Shown here: positions 39,851 through 52,989 of the stretch, piece after piece
How positions within the stretch are numbered: the first letter of the stretch is position 1
How the letters are laid out: each line of letters begins with the position of its first letter
Assembly: GCF_009834535.1 (NCBI RefSeq)
Contig: NC_045697.1
Coordinates: forward strand, 67,334,001-67,398,000
DNA from: Camelus ferus
Lineage: Eukaryota
DNA length: 64,000 nucleotides
Direction of reading: 5' to 3'
Position numbers and translations under genes: made by a program
Notes under the pieces: generated by a model
What the model saw: only the letters and a program-made list of their open reading frames with translations
What the model was told of the DNA's origin: nothing
Databases searched by the model: none

Positions 39851-42009
39851 CTTGTGGCTTCAGTATTGTTTTTAATTACTTTGGAAACACAAAACAAGTT
39901 GCTGTGATTGCTCCTGGGGTTTATGGCCTAATGTGTGTTTTGAAAAGAACTAATTTTAAAGTAACATACAGATGTAAGGCATGACATCATACTGAACAAT
40001 AATTTCTAATTTGCTTAAAAAATCTAGTCTTCTACTCCTGATTATCAGAACAGTTCAGAAAAACAAGATTGATCTCTTTTGTGGAAATGGCAAGAAGTTC
40101 ACAATGCCCTAAGGCACCAAAATGATCGCAAACCATCATCCTCCAGTTAAAACGGCCGTAACTGACCTGCTCTATCAAATATTGATCTTTGGCTTCTTCT
40201 GAATGCACCAGTGAGTTCAAGGTCTGGATATGTATGACTCGTGCTAGGTCTGTGGCATTAAGCTATTTGATAGGAGAAAACTATTCTTCATTGCATTGAG
40301 CCTGACACTTGAGATTCTTTCTACAATTTCAAAATTGGTAGTTCACAGAGTGTATTTAAATGGAAAAGGCTACCATTTGTAACCATCATCAGCTGATAGA
40401 AACAGATTTTTCACCATTGAAATAACTGCACAAAAAAACATTACAGCCTGAAACTACCATGAACGTATATTAATATTTTATATATAATACTGTTAGCACA
40501 TACTGTTTTTATGGCATTTATACTTGGTAACATTCTCAACAGTATGAAAATTATATGAATATGTTAAGTTATGCTATTTATTTTAAGTCATGTGAAGAAA
40601 AAAGAAAATGCATATATATTGTAAACAAGAATTTTCTAATTACCATCACAATTGTGTATTTTATAATGTTGTTCAGGCATGATTGTATCTCTCAGCAATA
40701 CAAAATTAAGTGGAGGAGAGTGAAATAATTAATCTGAGTAGCTGATTATTGTACCAGATATTTTAGTTTTTGTTATTTACTTTAATACTTATTTATATGT
40801 TTTTACCATTTACAAAAACCATATTACTTTCTATTGAAATTTCTCATAATTTTTTCCATCCTATGAGTATACCTTTTAAATGACTATAAAAGCTAACTTA
40901 TGGCAGTCTTGGTTATTTTGACTGTTGAATATGTATTTTGAAGAGATTTTAAAATTAATTTCATTCTTGGGTGGCATGATACTATTGAATATTAATTTTA
41001 CACTTGTGGGTATATATATGGCTTTTTTTGCATTATGATACTTTATTTTCTTAACTGAATCTTGACATGTAAATGAATGAATATAGTATTTTTCTTCTGT
41101 TCCTTTTTCAAATGACTTAAAATTACACTAAAAACACCTGGAATAGAATTCTTGTCCTTCATAAGTGATTTTATCTTAGTTGTGGTAGAGATGTGTATTA
41201 ATGTTGTTTTAATCCATAAAGTTTCTTTATCAGTGATAGTCTCTTATAAAAATATATAAAATCTAGTCTTTATTATGTGAATAGCCAAAGGGATATCCAA
41301 ATTCACTGTCAATTTTGAATAAAACTTACGTTTTTAAGTCAGGGTCTTTGAAAGGAAATACAGTGCACATCTAGCCTTCAAATATTCCAGGCTTTTAAAC
41401 TAAATGTGTAAGCAAACATGATTTACATTGGAGTAGAAAGATGTAGGCTAAATTTACACAAAGTATTTGTAAGGATGAAATTTATGAGCACAGGGAGGGT
41501 TGAAGGAAACATTTAAAGAATATTATTTTATTTAAAATTTGAAATTTAGAAAAGACTATACTACTCCTTAATAATTGAAAATAAATGTTTCATGCAGATG
41601 TTTTTATTCACCATGTATGTGGGCTAACATAATTAATGGCAGATTAACTGAAATAAGTGTAACATGATCACAAAACTAAATACGTTATATGAAATAACAC
41701 AACAGATATCCCCTTGCTGCTTTTCTTATATCAGTCATCTCATTTGAAGAGGTCACCCATCAATGATGACATCAATTTCAAACTAAAGGGAACTTCAGTT
41801 AAGTCTAACCTCTTGGACAAGAGGGGAAAAAACCCAAAGTTGAAACTGATCAAATGGCTTTCCCTAAAACATTTAGTATACAGATCAAAATTCTGCTTTT
41901 TGTGAGTTGAGTATAGTCCAACCCAGCAATGCAAATCACCTATCATAAGTAAATTAATTCTTACAATTATATGTAGACTGTAGAAGCTTTTAACATGGAT
42001 TTTTAGATC

Positions 42010-42205
42010 TATGCAAAGATGGGTTCACTGTCAGGCTCTGCCCATTAAGCTATTAGATCTTGGTGAAGAGCCTTGAATTCCTGTGAATTCATATACTAAA
42101 TACATAATTTATCTATAATGAGGATCCCTGGATATTTGAGAATTAGAGATTGCAAAGCAAAGTGCCAGCAGTGCCTGGTTCATAGTTGTGGCTCAATAAT
42201 TGGTA
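42010..42205 (+). mobile_element. MIR fragment
   Basis: GGCTCTGCC...GATCTTGG...AGCAGTGCCTGGTTCATAGTTGTGGCTCAATAA. Confidence 0.5.
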
Positions 42206-43060
42206 ATTCGTGAAAATCTACCATTTGAAGTAAAGATAGAGATCATAAGATGTAGAAGTTAATGGTTTATTTTATATTTCCCTACATTTCCTCAGTTACT
42301 TTCTAATTGTGTGTTGTATTAATATCATCTTATACATCTACCTCTGAGGTCATGTTAATACTTACATGTCTAGTCCTTCACAAATTTTGGTGGCCTCTCA
42401 TTGTTGTGTCTTTATTTTGCCATTATTGATAAAATATGCAGAGTCTGTATGAATGATGTGGAACCATGTATATTCTGGACTAAAAATTATTTGTTAATAG
42501 TTGCTAAGACCCATACCTATTTTATGATCATTCCCACCATCAGAACCACAGACTCTATAAAGGAGAACAAAACTTTGGGCTTTAAAAATAATTACTATTA
42601 CGTATTATTAATAGTAATAGCAATAACTGTTTGGCATGAATTTATAAACTTGGGAGCTAACTCATGTCCTGGAGTTCTGTGTAAATTTGATTGTATTAGT
42701 TCTGAGAATAAACTATCTCCTCAGATATATCTCAAGATGAAGATGCCATAAGGGACATATGAGGATAATCATACCCTGAAAACCTACCTCCTGGGCTTGT
42801 TTGTGACTCAAAGAGACATAATCAGAGATTGTCAAGTAGAGTTCACAGCAGTAGCTCAAGGATTCAATGATGCATTTCATATATATACTATAGACAGGCA
42901 ATATAGAACATTACCCTTTGAATCATAATTTGAAGAACAATAGTACTGGATACTTTGTGATCTACTGCCTCTGTGAAGATGGAATAAAGGTATTACAGCT
43001 TTTTCTCAGTCCTTTTTAACTCATATCTTGAGGTCTAGTGCCTACCTGATGGACATTCTT

Positions 43061-45426
43061 TTTTTTCTTAACTTTTTTTTATTGAGTTATAGTCGTTTTA
43101 CAATGTTGTGTCAAATTCCAGTGTAGAGCACAATTTTTCAGTTATACATGAACATATATATATTCATTGTCTTACTTTTTTTTCTGCTGTGAGCTACCAT
43201 AAGATCTTGTATATATTTCCCTGTGCTATATATACAGTATAATCTTGTTTATCTAGTCTACATTTTGAAATCCTAGTCTGTCCCTTCCCACCCCCCGCCC
43301 CCTTGGCAACCACAAGTTTGTATTCTATGTCAGTGAGTCTGTTTCTGTTTTGTATTTATGTTTTGTTTTGTTTTGTGTTTAGATTCCACATATGAGCGAT
43401 CTCATGTGGTATTTTTCTTTCTCTTTCTGGCTTACTTCACTTAGAATGACATTCTCCAGTAACATCCATGTTGCTGCAAATGGCATTATGTTGTCGGTTT
43501 TTAGGGCTGAATAGTATTCCATTGTATAAATATACCACCTCTTCTTTATCCAGTCATTTGTTGATGGATATTTAGGCTGTTTCCATGTCTTGGCTATTGA
43601 AAATAGTGCTGCTATGAACATTGGGGTGCAGGTGTCATTTTGAAGTAGGGTTCCTTCTGGGTATGTGCCCAAGAGTGGGATTCCTGGGTCATATGGTAAG
43701 TCTATTCCTAGTCTTTTGAGGAATCTCCATACTGTTCTCCACAGTGGCTGCACCAAACTGCATTCCCACCAGCAGTGTAGGAGGGTTCCCCTTTCTCCAC
43801 AGCCTCTCCAGCATTTGTCATTTGTGGATTTTTGAATGATGGCCATTCTGACTTGTGTGAGATGATACCTCATTGTAGTTTTGATTTGCATTTCTCTGAT
43901 AATTAGTGATATTGAGCATTTTTTCATGTGCCTATTGATCATTTGTATGTCTTCCTTGGAGAACTGCTTGTTTAGGTCTTCTGCCCATTTTTGGATTGGG
44001 TTGTTTGTTTTTTTCTTATTAAGTCTTATGAGCTGCTTATATATTCTGGAGATCAAGGCTTTATCGGTTTCATTTGCAAACATTTTCTCCCATTCCGTAG
44101 GTTGTCTTTTTGTTTTACTTGTTTCCTTTGCTGTGCAGAAGCTTATAAGTTTCATTAAGTCCCATTTGTTTATTCTTGCTTTTATTTCTATTGCTTGGGT
44201 AGACTGTCCTAGGAGAACATTCTTTAGATGCATGTCAGATAATGTTTTGCTTACATTTTCTTCTGGGAGGTTTATCATATCTTGTCTTATGTTTAAGTCT
44301 TTGATCCATTTTGAGTTTATTTTTGTTTATGGTGTAAGGGAGTGTTCTAGCTTCATTGCTTTACATGCTGCTGTCCAGTTTTCCCAACACCATTTGCTGA
44401 AGAAACTGTCTTTCTTTCATTGTATATTCTTGCCTCCTTTGTCGAAGATGAGTTGACCAAAAGTTCCTGGGTTCATTTCTGGGCTCTCTATTCTGTTCCA
44501 TTGGTCTGTATGTCTGTTTTTGTACCAATACCATGCTGTCTTGATGACTGTAGTTCTGTAGTATTGTCTGAAGTCTAGGAGAGTTATTCCTCCAGCCTCT
44601 TTCTTTTTCTTCAGTAATGCTTTGGCAATTCTAGGTCTTTGATGGTTCCATATAAATTTTATTATGATTTGTTCTAGTTCTGTGAAATATGTCCTGGATA
44701 ATTTGATAGGGATTACATTAAATCTGTAGATTGCCTTGGGCAGTGTGGCCATTTTAACAATATTGATTATTCTAATCCAGGAGCATGGGATATCTTTCCA
44801 TTTTTTAAAGCCTTCTTTAATTTCCTTCATCAATGATTTATAGTTCTCTGTGTATAATTCTTTCACTTCCTTGGTTAGATTTATTCCTAGGTATTTTATT
44901 ACTTTGGGTGCTATTTTAAAGGGGATTGTTTCTATACTTTCTTTTCCTGATGATTCATCATTAGTGTAAAGAAATGCAACTGATTTGTGAACATTAATCT
45001 TGTAACCTGCTACCTTGCTGAATTCTTTGATCAGCTCTAGTAGTTTTGTGTGGACCTTTTAGGGTTCTATATATATTGTAACATGTCATCAGCATATAGT
45101 GACACTTTTACCTCTTCTTTTCCAATTTGGATCCCTTTTATTTCTCTCTCTTGCCTGATTGCTGTGGCTAGGACTTCCAAGACTATGTTGAATAGGAGTG
45201 GTGATAGTGGGCAGCCTTGTCTTGTCCCAGATTTTAGTGGGAAGCTTTTGAGTTTTTCACCGTTGAGTACTATGCTGGCTGTAGGTTTGTCATATATAGC
45301 TTTTATTATGTTGAGATATGTTCCCTCTGTACCCACTTTGGTGAGAGTTTTTATCATAAATGGGTGTTGAATTTTATCAAATGCTTTTTCTGCATCTATT
45401 GAGATGATCATGTGGTTTTTGTCCTG
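43061..45426 (-). mobile_element. Young 5'-truncated LINE-1 (2.37 kb; ORF2 RT to C-terminus with several stops, complete 3' UTR)
   Basis: Perfect 18-bp TSD TACCTGATGGACATTCTT at 43043-43060 and 45427-45444; poly(T) at 43061-43080. ORF fragments contain [15 protein letters not shown] and CWRGCGE...HCWWEC. Confidence 0.97.
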
Positions 45427-45539
45427 TACCTGATGGACATTCTTGAGGGCTGTGTCAGCAGCTACTGGCTTTAAAGTGGTCCTGATGGCAGCAGCAGTCC
45501 TACAAGGTCACACATAATTTCAGCAAATACCTTCTAATA

Positions 45540-45790
45540 ATAATAACAATAATTATTAATGTTTGTTAAGTTGTTATGAGTTAAGGACTGTGCTGAATAA
45601 TGCAAATGATCTTATATAATCTCAACATAAACATACAAAATAGGCCATATTGTTATATTCCCGTTTTGTTGAAGAAAAAAGATCCTATTATTAACTTAAT
45701 AAAAAGTCTATAGCTAGAAGTGGCAAAAATAAGATCAGGTCTATCTATTACCAAATCCCAAGATCTTGGTCACTATACTGTACTGCCTCC
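45540..45790 (-). mobile_element. MIR SINE
   Basis: (AAT)n start, GGACTGTGCT...ATAATCTCAACA...TATTCCCGTTTTG...TAGCTAGAAGTGGCA...CACTATACTGTACTGCCTC. Confidence 0.7.
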
Positions 45791-46964
45791 TAGCCAACCT
45801 GTCTTAACTTTGTTATTTTTTAATGAGTATTTGTTTAAGTCGGGGGGTAGATACATGGAACTGTGCATTACGTTGATATTCAGTCTGAGATATCCCTGGT
45901 GAAATTGACTCCTGTTTGTTCTGAAGCCTAGCTTCTGAAAAGTTTTTAGAACACAATTTTTTAGAACACAATAATGACATAATTATCGAGTTATGTGCTG
46001 GAGGCTTCTATCTGAAGGCATTTTCAGACTTGGAAAAGCATTTTAAATTTTCTAAGATTTTGGGATATGATGGAATATAATTTTTTAAGCAAAGACTACA
46101 CTATACTTTTGTTCACCTGCATGAACTAAAAGTGTAATAGATGCAAATAGAATAGAAAGCAAAGGAATATCAGAGAAGAAAAGCTGGTAGCAACAAAAAT
46201 TCAGCTCTAGTAAATGAATGGCTGATCCAGCAGTCCTTTTCTTTGAAGTTTTGATCTGAAAGAATAACAACAAAAAGAGACTGAGGAAGAAAAACAAAAA
46301 CTTATTTACACAAGAGTAAAAATAAGCATGTCAGGTAATTTCCTCTTCTTTAAACACCCTAAGGAAGCCAACTTCAAGGTGGAGGACTTCCTCTAGGTTC
46401 TTAAATGAGAATAGAGGGAAACTCCATTTTTAAAATAAGCCTGTACCAAAGATGTTGTCCTAGATCCCATGAAACCAATCTGATCAGATGCTGTGATTGT
46501 TAATGTACTCCAGGGCAAATTCACGTGACATTTCCTTCAGAAATACAGAGAGATGTTTAGAATTATTTATAAACAGCCTTTTAAAAAATGGTGAGTCTGT
46601 CTTGGCTATGTGACAAATGTTAATCACACTAATTTGGGGATATTTACTAACATGATACATGTAAATGGGATTCAGTTTACTGAATTATGTGAACTCTTGA
46701 GACAGGCAAAAATTTATAAATCATCTGGGGCTTTAACAAAAAAGCAAAGGAAAGTTATTTGCAGATATTCCATTTATTTATCCAATATTTACTGAGCTCT
46801 CTGATTGACAGTATGAGGGTGGCTTAAAAGAGGGAGTGACCCCAAAGTTTTAAAGAATCAGTAAGAGTTTTCCAGAAATATGAGGGTGGATCAGAATTCT
46901 AGTCAGAGGAAAGAACAGAGAAAAAGGGCAGAAAAAGAGCCCAACCATTATGTGAGGATCTTTA

Positions 46965-47115
46965 ATTACCTACAGTATAATCACTTGGGGTGTTTATTAA
47001 AAGTGAGGTTACTGAGCCTTGTCCCATGCCAAGTCAATCACACTCAGTAATAGCAGAGGGAAAGAATTTACATTTTAATAGGCACACCCAGGATGTTTTT
47101 AAGATTGGAGAATTG
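46965..47115. mobile_element. MER5-type hAT MITE remnant
   Basis: AATCACTTGGGGTGTTTATTAAAA...AATCA...CATTTTAATAGGCAC. Confidence 0.5.
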
Positions 47116-47264
47116 TAAGTATAGATGATAGAAGTATCTGGACTCAAGCAACAGGATTTTACAGTCTGTTTTACACTTACAGAGAATATGCTGATGGCCT
47201 ATGAATAACGAGAGAAGTTTGAAAATGAAGGAAAGCAAACCTGTTAAAAAGACTGGTACTCTGA

Positions 47265-48495
47265 TCCTTAACTCCCTTTCCCTTTCCCAACTGTTTTAAT
47301 CAGGTTTTTGTTTCTAAACTCTTGTCAAAGTTACCAAGAATCTTAAACTTTCTAAAGTAGTAACTCTCCACCTACATCTCAACAGCATTTGAAAAAAAAA
47401 AAATCACCCACTCTAAAATACTTGTTTCCTAAGAAACCACCTGATACTCATATTCCTTTTCCATCATAGGCCTCTCTTTCTACTTCTGCTTTACTGCATC
47501 CTCTAGAACCTTGACTTCTTTTTTCTCTTTCAATACTTACTCTTTGAAACAGTAACTTTAAATTATCCATATAATTAGACCCCCACGTCTATTTCCAGAC
47601 CCTCTCTTTTCCTTTTCCTTTACACCTTATATGTTCAACTGTCTACTCAAAATTTCTGCTTTGATGTCTAGATGGAATTTCAAATATTTATGATTAAAAA
47701 GCGATCCCCCTAGACCCAAACTTGCTCCTTTTCCAGTCTTACTCATCTTAGGTAATGGCATCCCCACTTCATTAGGCCAAATACCTAGTAATTATCCTTA
47801 CTTCTTTCTTTCCTTCCTTCTTCCCTCCCTCCCTCTCTTTCTCTCTCCTCCCCCCTCTTTTTATATTTCATGATTGATCCATCAGCAAGCCCACTGGAAC
47901 CTCCCTTAAACTATATCCTGAATCTGACATCTTCTCATGAACTCCATGGCTGTTATTCTAGTTTCAGGCACCTGCATCGGTGATTCTCTGGATAAAAGCA
48001 GTTGACTCCTACCAGATATCTTTGCCTCTATTCTTACCTGACACAGTAAATTTTTCATAGTGATCCTGAGTGACCTTGAAGAACATAAAAATACCACTAT
48101 CCTGCTGAAAGTCCTCCAATGGCTATCATACTTAAAATAAAACCCAAAGACCTTACTATCTCTGTTGGCAGTATCTTCTGTGTTTATACTTTATTTCTTC
48201 TGCTTTAACAGTGATTCATATACAACTTCCTATGACCACCTTACTTAAACAGTTCTCTCTCCTCTATGTTATTCTATAGCCCCCTACCAGGCTTTTATTC
48301 ACAGCATTATCACTAAAATTGTACTATATAAGTATTAGCTAGCTTAGATATTGTCTCTCTTCCACGTGGGAACATAAACTCCATAGGAATACTTTATCTT
48401 GTTTACATTTTGTTTTTTTTTTAAATCCCCTGTACTGAAAACAGCCTAGTAGTTGATGGAAGGCATATAAAGAATATTTGTTAAATGAGTGAATC
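47265..48495 (+). mobile_element. L2 3' portion
   Basis: CTCTTGTCAAAGTTACCAA, TCAACAGCATTTGA, TCCATCAGCAAG, TATATCCTGAATCTGAC and terminal AATATTTGTTAAATGAGTGAAT. Confidence 0.8.
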
Positions 48496-51400
48496 TTTTA
48501 TATATAATCTGTTGAAGGCTGAATGATAGCATTATGAATAAGAGTCGTGAGAAAAGAGAAAAGGATGATTCTGCTTTGCAAAATTAAGAGTAATTTTAAC
48601 TAACATGTCATATCATACTATAATGTGATAAGGCAAAGAACTAGAAAACATGAAAAATATTAACGTTTCTCTTATCAAAATGACAATACAAAGGATAAAA
48701 TGGTTAATCTATTCAAAAGAATGGGATATTAACAGATGTGGGTTTGAAAGGTTCTTGAAAATGGAGTTGCTGTGGAGGAATAGGAGGTAAAAAAGGGAAG
48801 AAAATGTGCAGAGATGAGTTGAACAGACACTCTACGCATAGAGATTGATGTTAAAAGTCATGAAGATTTGGGAAAACTGCAAATAATTAATCAGACTAAA
48901 CTATGGGGTTGGAGATTAGGGAAAAGTGGAAGGTATGACATGGGGTGAAAAATGATCCCATCCCAGGTATTTGCAGCTTTGAAGACCATACCTATATTAC
49001 TGGGAATTAATCTTAAAGAGACATTGAAGAGTTTTAAGCAGAGAGGAGAACCTGTAGTGGACTTCTTTTGTCACTGAAAAACTGAAATGTTTTGAGAGTC
49101 CCAAATATTATAGCAAGATCTTAACTCCAGCCATGGTGCCTGAAATGGGACAGACAGTACCTCCCATTGCTCCCTGGCAGCCAAGGCAAGAACACATGGT
49201 TTAGCCATTTGGATGCTGTGACTGGGATTTTGATTTCCGAGAAACAGTGTTCACCATGATAATGGACGAATCAAGAATTCAGGACTGTGGTGGCTACTGT
49301 GTGTGCATTGCAACAACACTATGGAGTACTGAGCACAGCATTCTTAGTCCTTAGAGCTTTAAAAGACCTTTTCAGCTTTCTAAATTTTTTGGATAAGAAG
49401 GTTAATGTTGCAGCTCTCAGAAACCAGCAGTGTCACAGATAGATACACACGGAGGAGAGTTAGGAAAGAAAATCTATGATGCCTAAAGATTACAAGATAA
49501 TTTTTATGAAGCTTTAAAGTTTTGTGAAATTTGCTGTAGGGAAAGACAATATTAAGTGGTATCCTAGTGGTTTTGAAAATTGAACTTCCTAAATTTGAGC
49601 ACCAAGTTTCATTATATTCATGCTGGACAACTCATATTTGACAAATGTATGTCAAATTAGGTGAGTGTAGACAGTTCAATAAGATAGTTCTGTCTGATAT
49701 AAAATTTTGATTGTCTAAATTGATCAAAGTGTTTGGAATATTGTGATATTGACACTCTGTGTTATATGAAACTTGAAGCGAAGGGCTCATCCTTTCAGGG
49801 TGAATGAACTTTTCCAGTAACCTATAGTCAAATGGTTCATAAACAAATCTCAGAAGAAGTTAAATGAATTTGAATACAATCCATTATAGGTCTGGATCCA
49901 CTAACAATAATGTAAGTAGAAAGTAATCTTAAAGGTATCTCTGCATACAGTTAACTTCGATTAATACAATGATAGAATTGAATAATTTAATATTGAGCTT
50001 TTCTGGGAAATAATATAATATTTTTAGTGAATACACTGCTAGAGCATAGATCTCTTATCAAAGTTTTGTCTATTAACTTTAATGATTCTTTTTCAGTGTT
50101 TATGTTAGCCCTAGATAACAACTGATCTAAATAGCCTGAGTTTATTTGAAATTTATGCTCAGAATTTTAAATATCATAGATGAGTTCATTTGCTTACAAA
50201 CATTATGATCTACTGTATATTACCCCACCCACTGAATATTTTGGGCATCTTTAATGTCTACTGCATTGAAAGCAATTTAATAAGTAAGCATCAGTGGAAA
50301 TTATTATTTGGCAAGAATAGAGGTATATCATGCTATTAGTATCATGCAGACTCTGTAAAAGCATAACATTTTATATTATTTGCATATTTTTAATATATTA
50401 ATTGTAGATAAACCACTTTGGGTAGTTCATTGCAAGCTTTCATCAAAAGAGACTAATAACATTTAGATGTAAAATTCTAGAGGTAAAAAAACTGAAATTT
50501 TAATTCAGTTGTTGAAAACAATAGCATACCATTTTCATACAAAAAACAATGTGCAGGAAGCAGTTGTCTTCTAAAGTTACTTTGCAATTGATTCTGGCTA
50601 CAGCTAATATTTGAGCTTTAAGCATTGTGATCTCAGGATTTTACCTAATGGCACATATGAATCACTCAGGGCTGTGGCAGAAACATGCACGATGTGCTCA
50701 ATAACGATTCCCTTTGCATTAAAGAAATGTTTATTCTTCAAGGTAGGCTTTGTGAGAGGGTCCAGTCATGACCTTAAGATATGAGAGCATTTTTCATAAA
50801 ATACAGGAACTGGGGAAAATGCAACATCTTGTAAGGAAGCTCATTAACCAAATGGCTGGCATAGCATATGGCAGTAGGACTCACTGGGCATTGGAGAAGC
50901 AAGCTGAAAGTTTGATAGTGGAACATGTTACACATAATTAAATATGGATCCTTCCTAATCAATAGTGAGGGCATAAATACTTTTCTCAAGGTTAGTTAGT
51001 CAGGGTTGTTTAAGGGGACAGAAGCCAGAGTGAAGGAAATCAAGACGACATACTAGAGAATCACACATTTTGGAGCTAAGGAAGCTATTAGGAGCTTTGG
51101 CACACTTGAGAAAACAGACTGCAATTTTATCAGTAGTCTCATTAGGGAACTATTAGACAAGGTCAAGAAGGCCTATGAGAACTGATGGGTACATTTAAGC
51201 AGTGCCTTCCTGCTTCATCAAGTTACTCAATAATAGCTGTCACATTTTCATGTTTTTGAACACAAACATCTTACATGAGCGTCTTCTTAAAGTATTGCCC
51301 AATTTTGCCTTTTAAAGATGTCATCATTCCTCTGTGTAAGCTATCAGTGATGAATTAATGAGTGTTTCCTGTGGTGGTGAACCCAAACTGTTCCAACTAC

Positions 51401-52559
51401 TGACTGTAAATCATGAGGAAAAGAAATATGTACTTAAGTATGTGTAGGTGTTTGTAAATATGTCTTCCCCCATACTAGGCCCTTGGGAAGGAAGAATAAT
51501 GAAGAGAAAGATCGTAACATCTTAGTCCCATCAAGCATGTGGGCTAGTTAGCATTCCTAGAAATGTTGCTAAATATTATATCTTTTCTCCTTCCCTTCCT
51601 TTTCCTTCTATCCCTAAATATTTATTGAGTACCGAGTACCTTCTTTGATCCAAGCATTGAATATAGGAGATATAAATTATATCTCCTATGAATAATAATG
51701 ATGGTGATAAGAGTGATTGTGAGGGTGTGCCAAGTATCATCAGCTGTCCGTGAAGGCTCTCTATTACACACCAGAGAAAGGATGACTTGAGCTGTCATGT
51801 GAGACTGTAAGACTGCCTGCACATTTGACTTCGTACATGGAACGATATATGAAGGAATTTCAAGTTTATTCCAGGAACAAATAATGTGAATTTGTGTTTA
51901 TATAAAGGTAATACTTACCTGAAACTTTTTTCCCCAAGCATATTTGATGAAAGTTCTGATTTCAGAGAGATTTTTTTCCGGGAAACTTACATAAGTTCTT
52001 AAAATCATCTAAAATCCTAACAAATATATCCCTTAAAAACTTGCCTTTCTTACTTTTATTTCTGAAACTTTAATTTGTTCCTTTAAGAGATAAGAAAAAA
52101 CATTGCTTTTATAAAAATGAATAGTATGTCATATTTAGTAACTGTTACAAAATGGTCAAGTTTTGATCTGAGATAATATGTATATAAAACCTTTGAAATT
52201 AATTAAAGCTTGAGAAAGGGAAGTCTCTTGGATATTATTTACCATCCTTTATTTACTTATATTTTTAATATAAAGCACTAACATCATAATGTTTTTTTCC
52301 CCACTGAATATTTTCAAAGTTTGTTAAACTTAAAACAATTTTTAATTAAAAAATTAGTTGGTCATAGGACTAGCGAGACTAGCAGTTTTTAGCAATGTAT
52401 GTATTTTATATGTTTATTAATAGTGTCTTTACATGGGCTACTTGAAAGTCTATTCCCACCTTCATCTTTGCTGACAGAACTCTGTTCTATTTTTAATTCC
52501 AGGCATCTAGCAGAGCTCTTAGGGATGGTGGGCCCCATACCTAGCCTCGGTTTGGGAAT

Positions 52560-52947
52560 TTGGTCAATGAGATGTATATACAAAGAGACAAAGAGACAGA
52601 GACAGAGGCAGAAAGAGAGATTTTAAGGAATTGGCTCACACAATTGAACTCTGTCGAGCAGGTTGGCAGCCTAGACCCTCAGGCAGGAGATGATGCTGCA
52701 GTCTTAATGTAGGTTTTCTTCTCAGGGAAACCTGTTTTTGCTCCTAAAGCCCTCAGCTAATTGAATGAGGCACACCCACATTATCAAAGGTAATCACCTT
52801 CACTTAAAGAATTGTAAATCATTAACCACATTGCAGATATTAGCCACATCTACAAACTACGTTCACAGCAATACTTAGATTAATGTTTGATTCAATAACT
52901 GAATATTATTACCTAGACAAGTTAACTCATAAAACTGACCGTCACAG
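52560..52947 (-). mobile_element. MLT2 (ERVL) LTR, 5' portion
   Basis: TTTTAAGGAATTGGCTCAC...TGAATGAGGCACACCCACATTATC...CTAGACAAGTTAACTCATAAAACTGACCGTCACA is the reverse complement of the MLT2 start. Confidence 0.8.
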
Positions 52948-52989
52948 AATTGCTTGATATTTCAGGAAGGGGGAATAATCTAGGTCTGG

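Noticed and set aside
42401..42751. 116-aa ORF
   Set aside because: Non-ATG start, no recognisable domain or splice support, and a length compatible with chance.
12573..43042. Fixed inversion of the interval between the two L1 copies
   Set aside because: Each L1 keeps its own matching TSD pair, which a single crossover would have swapped.
49030..49330. Possible LTR33-like remnant
   Set aside because: Similarity is too faint to support a family call or boundaries by eye.
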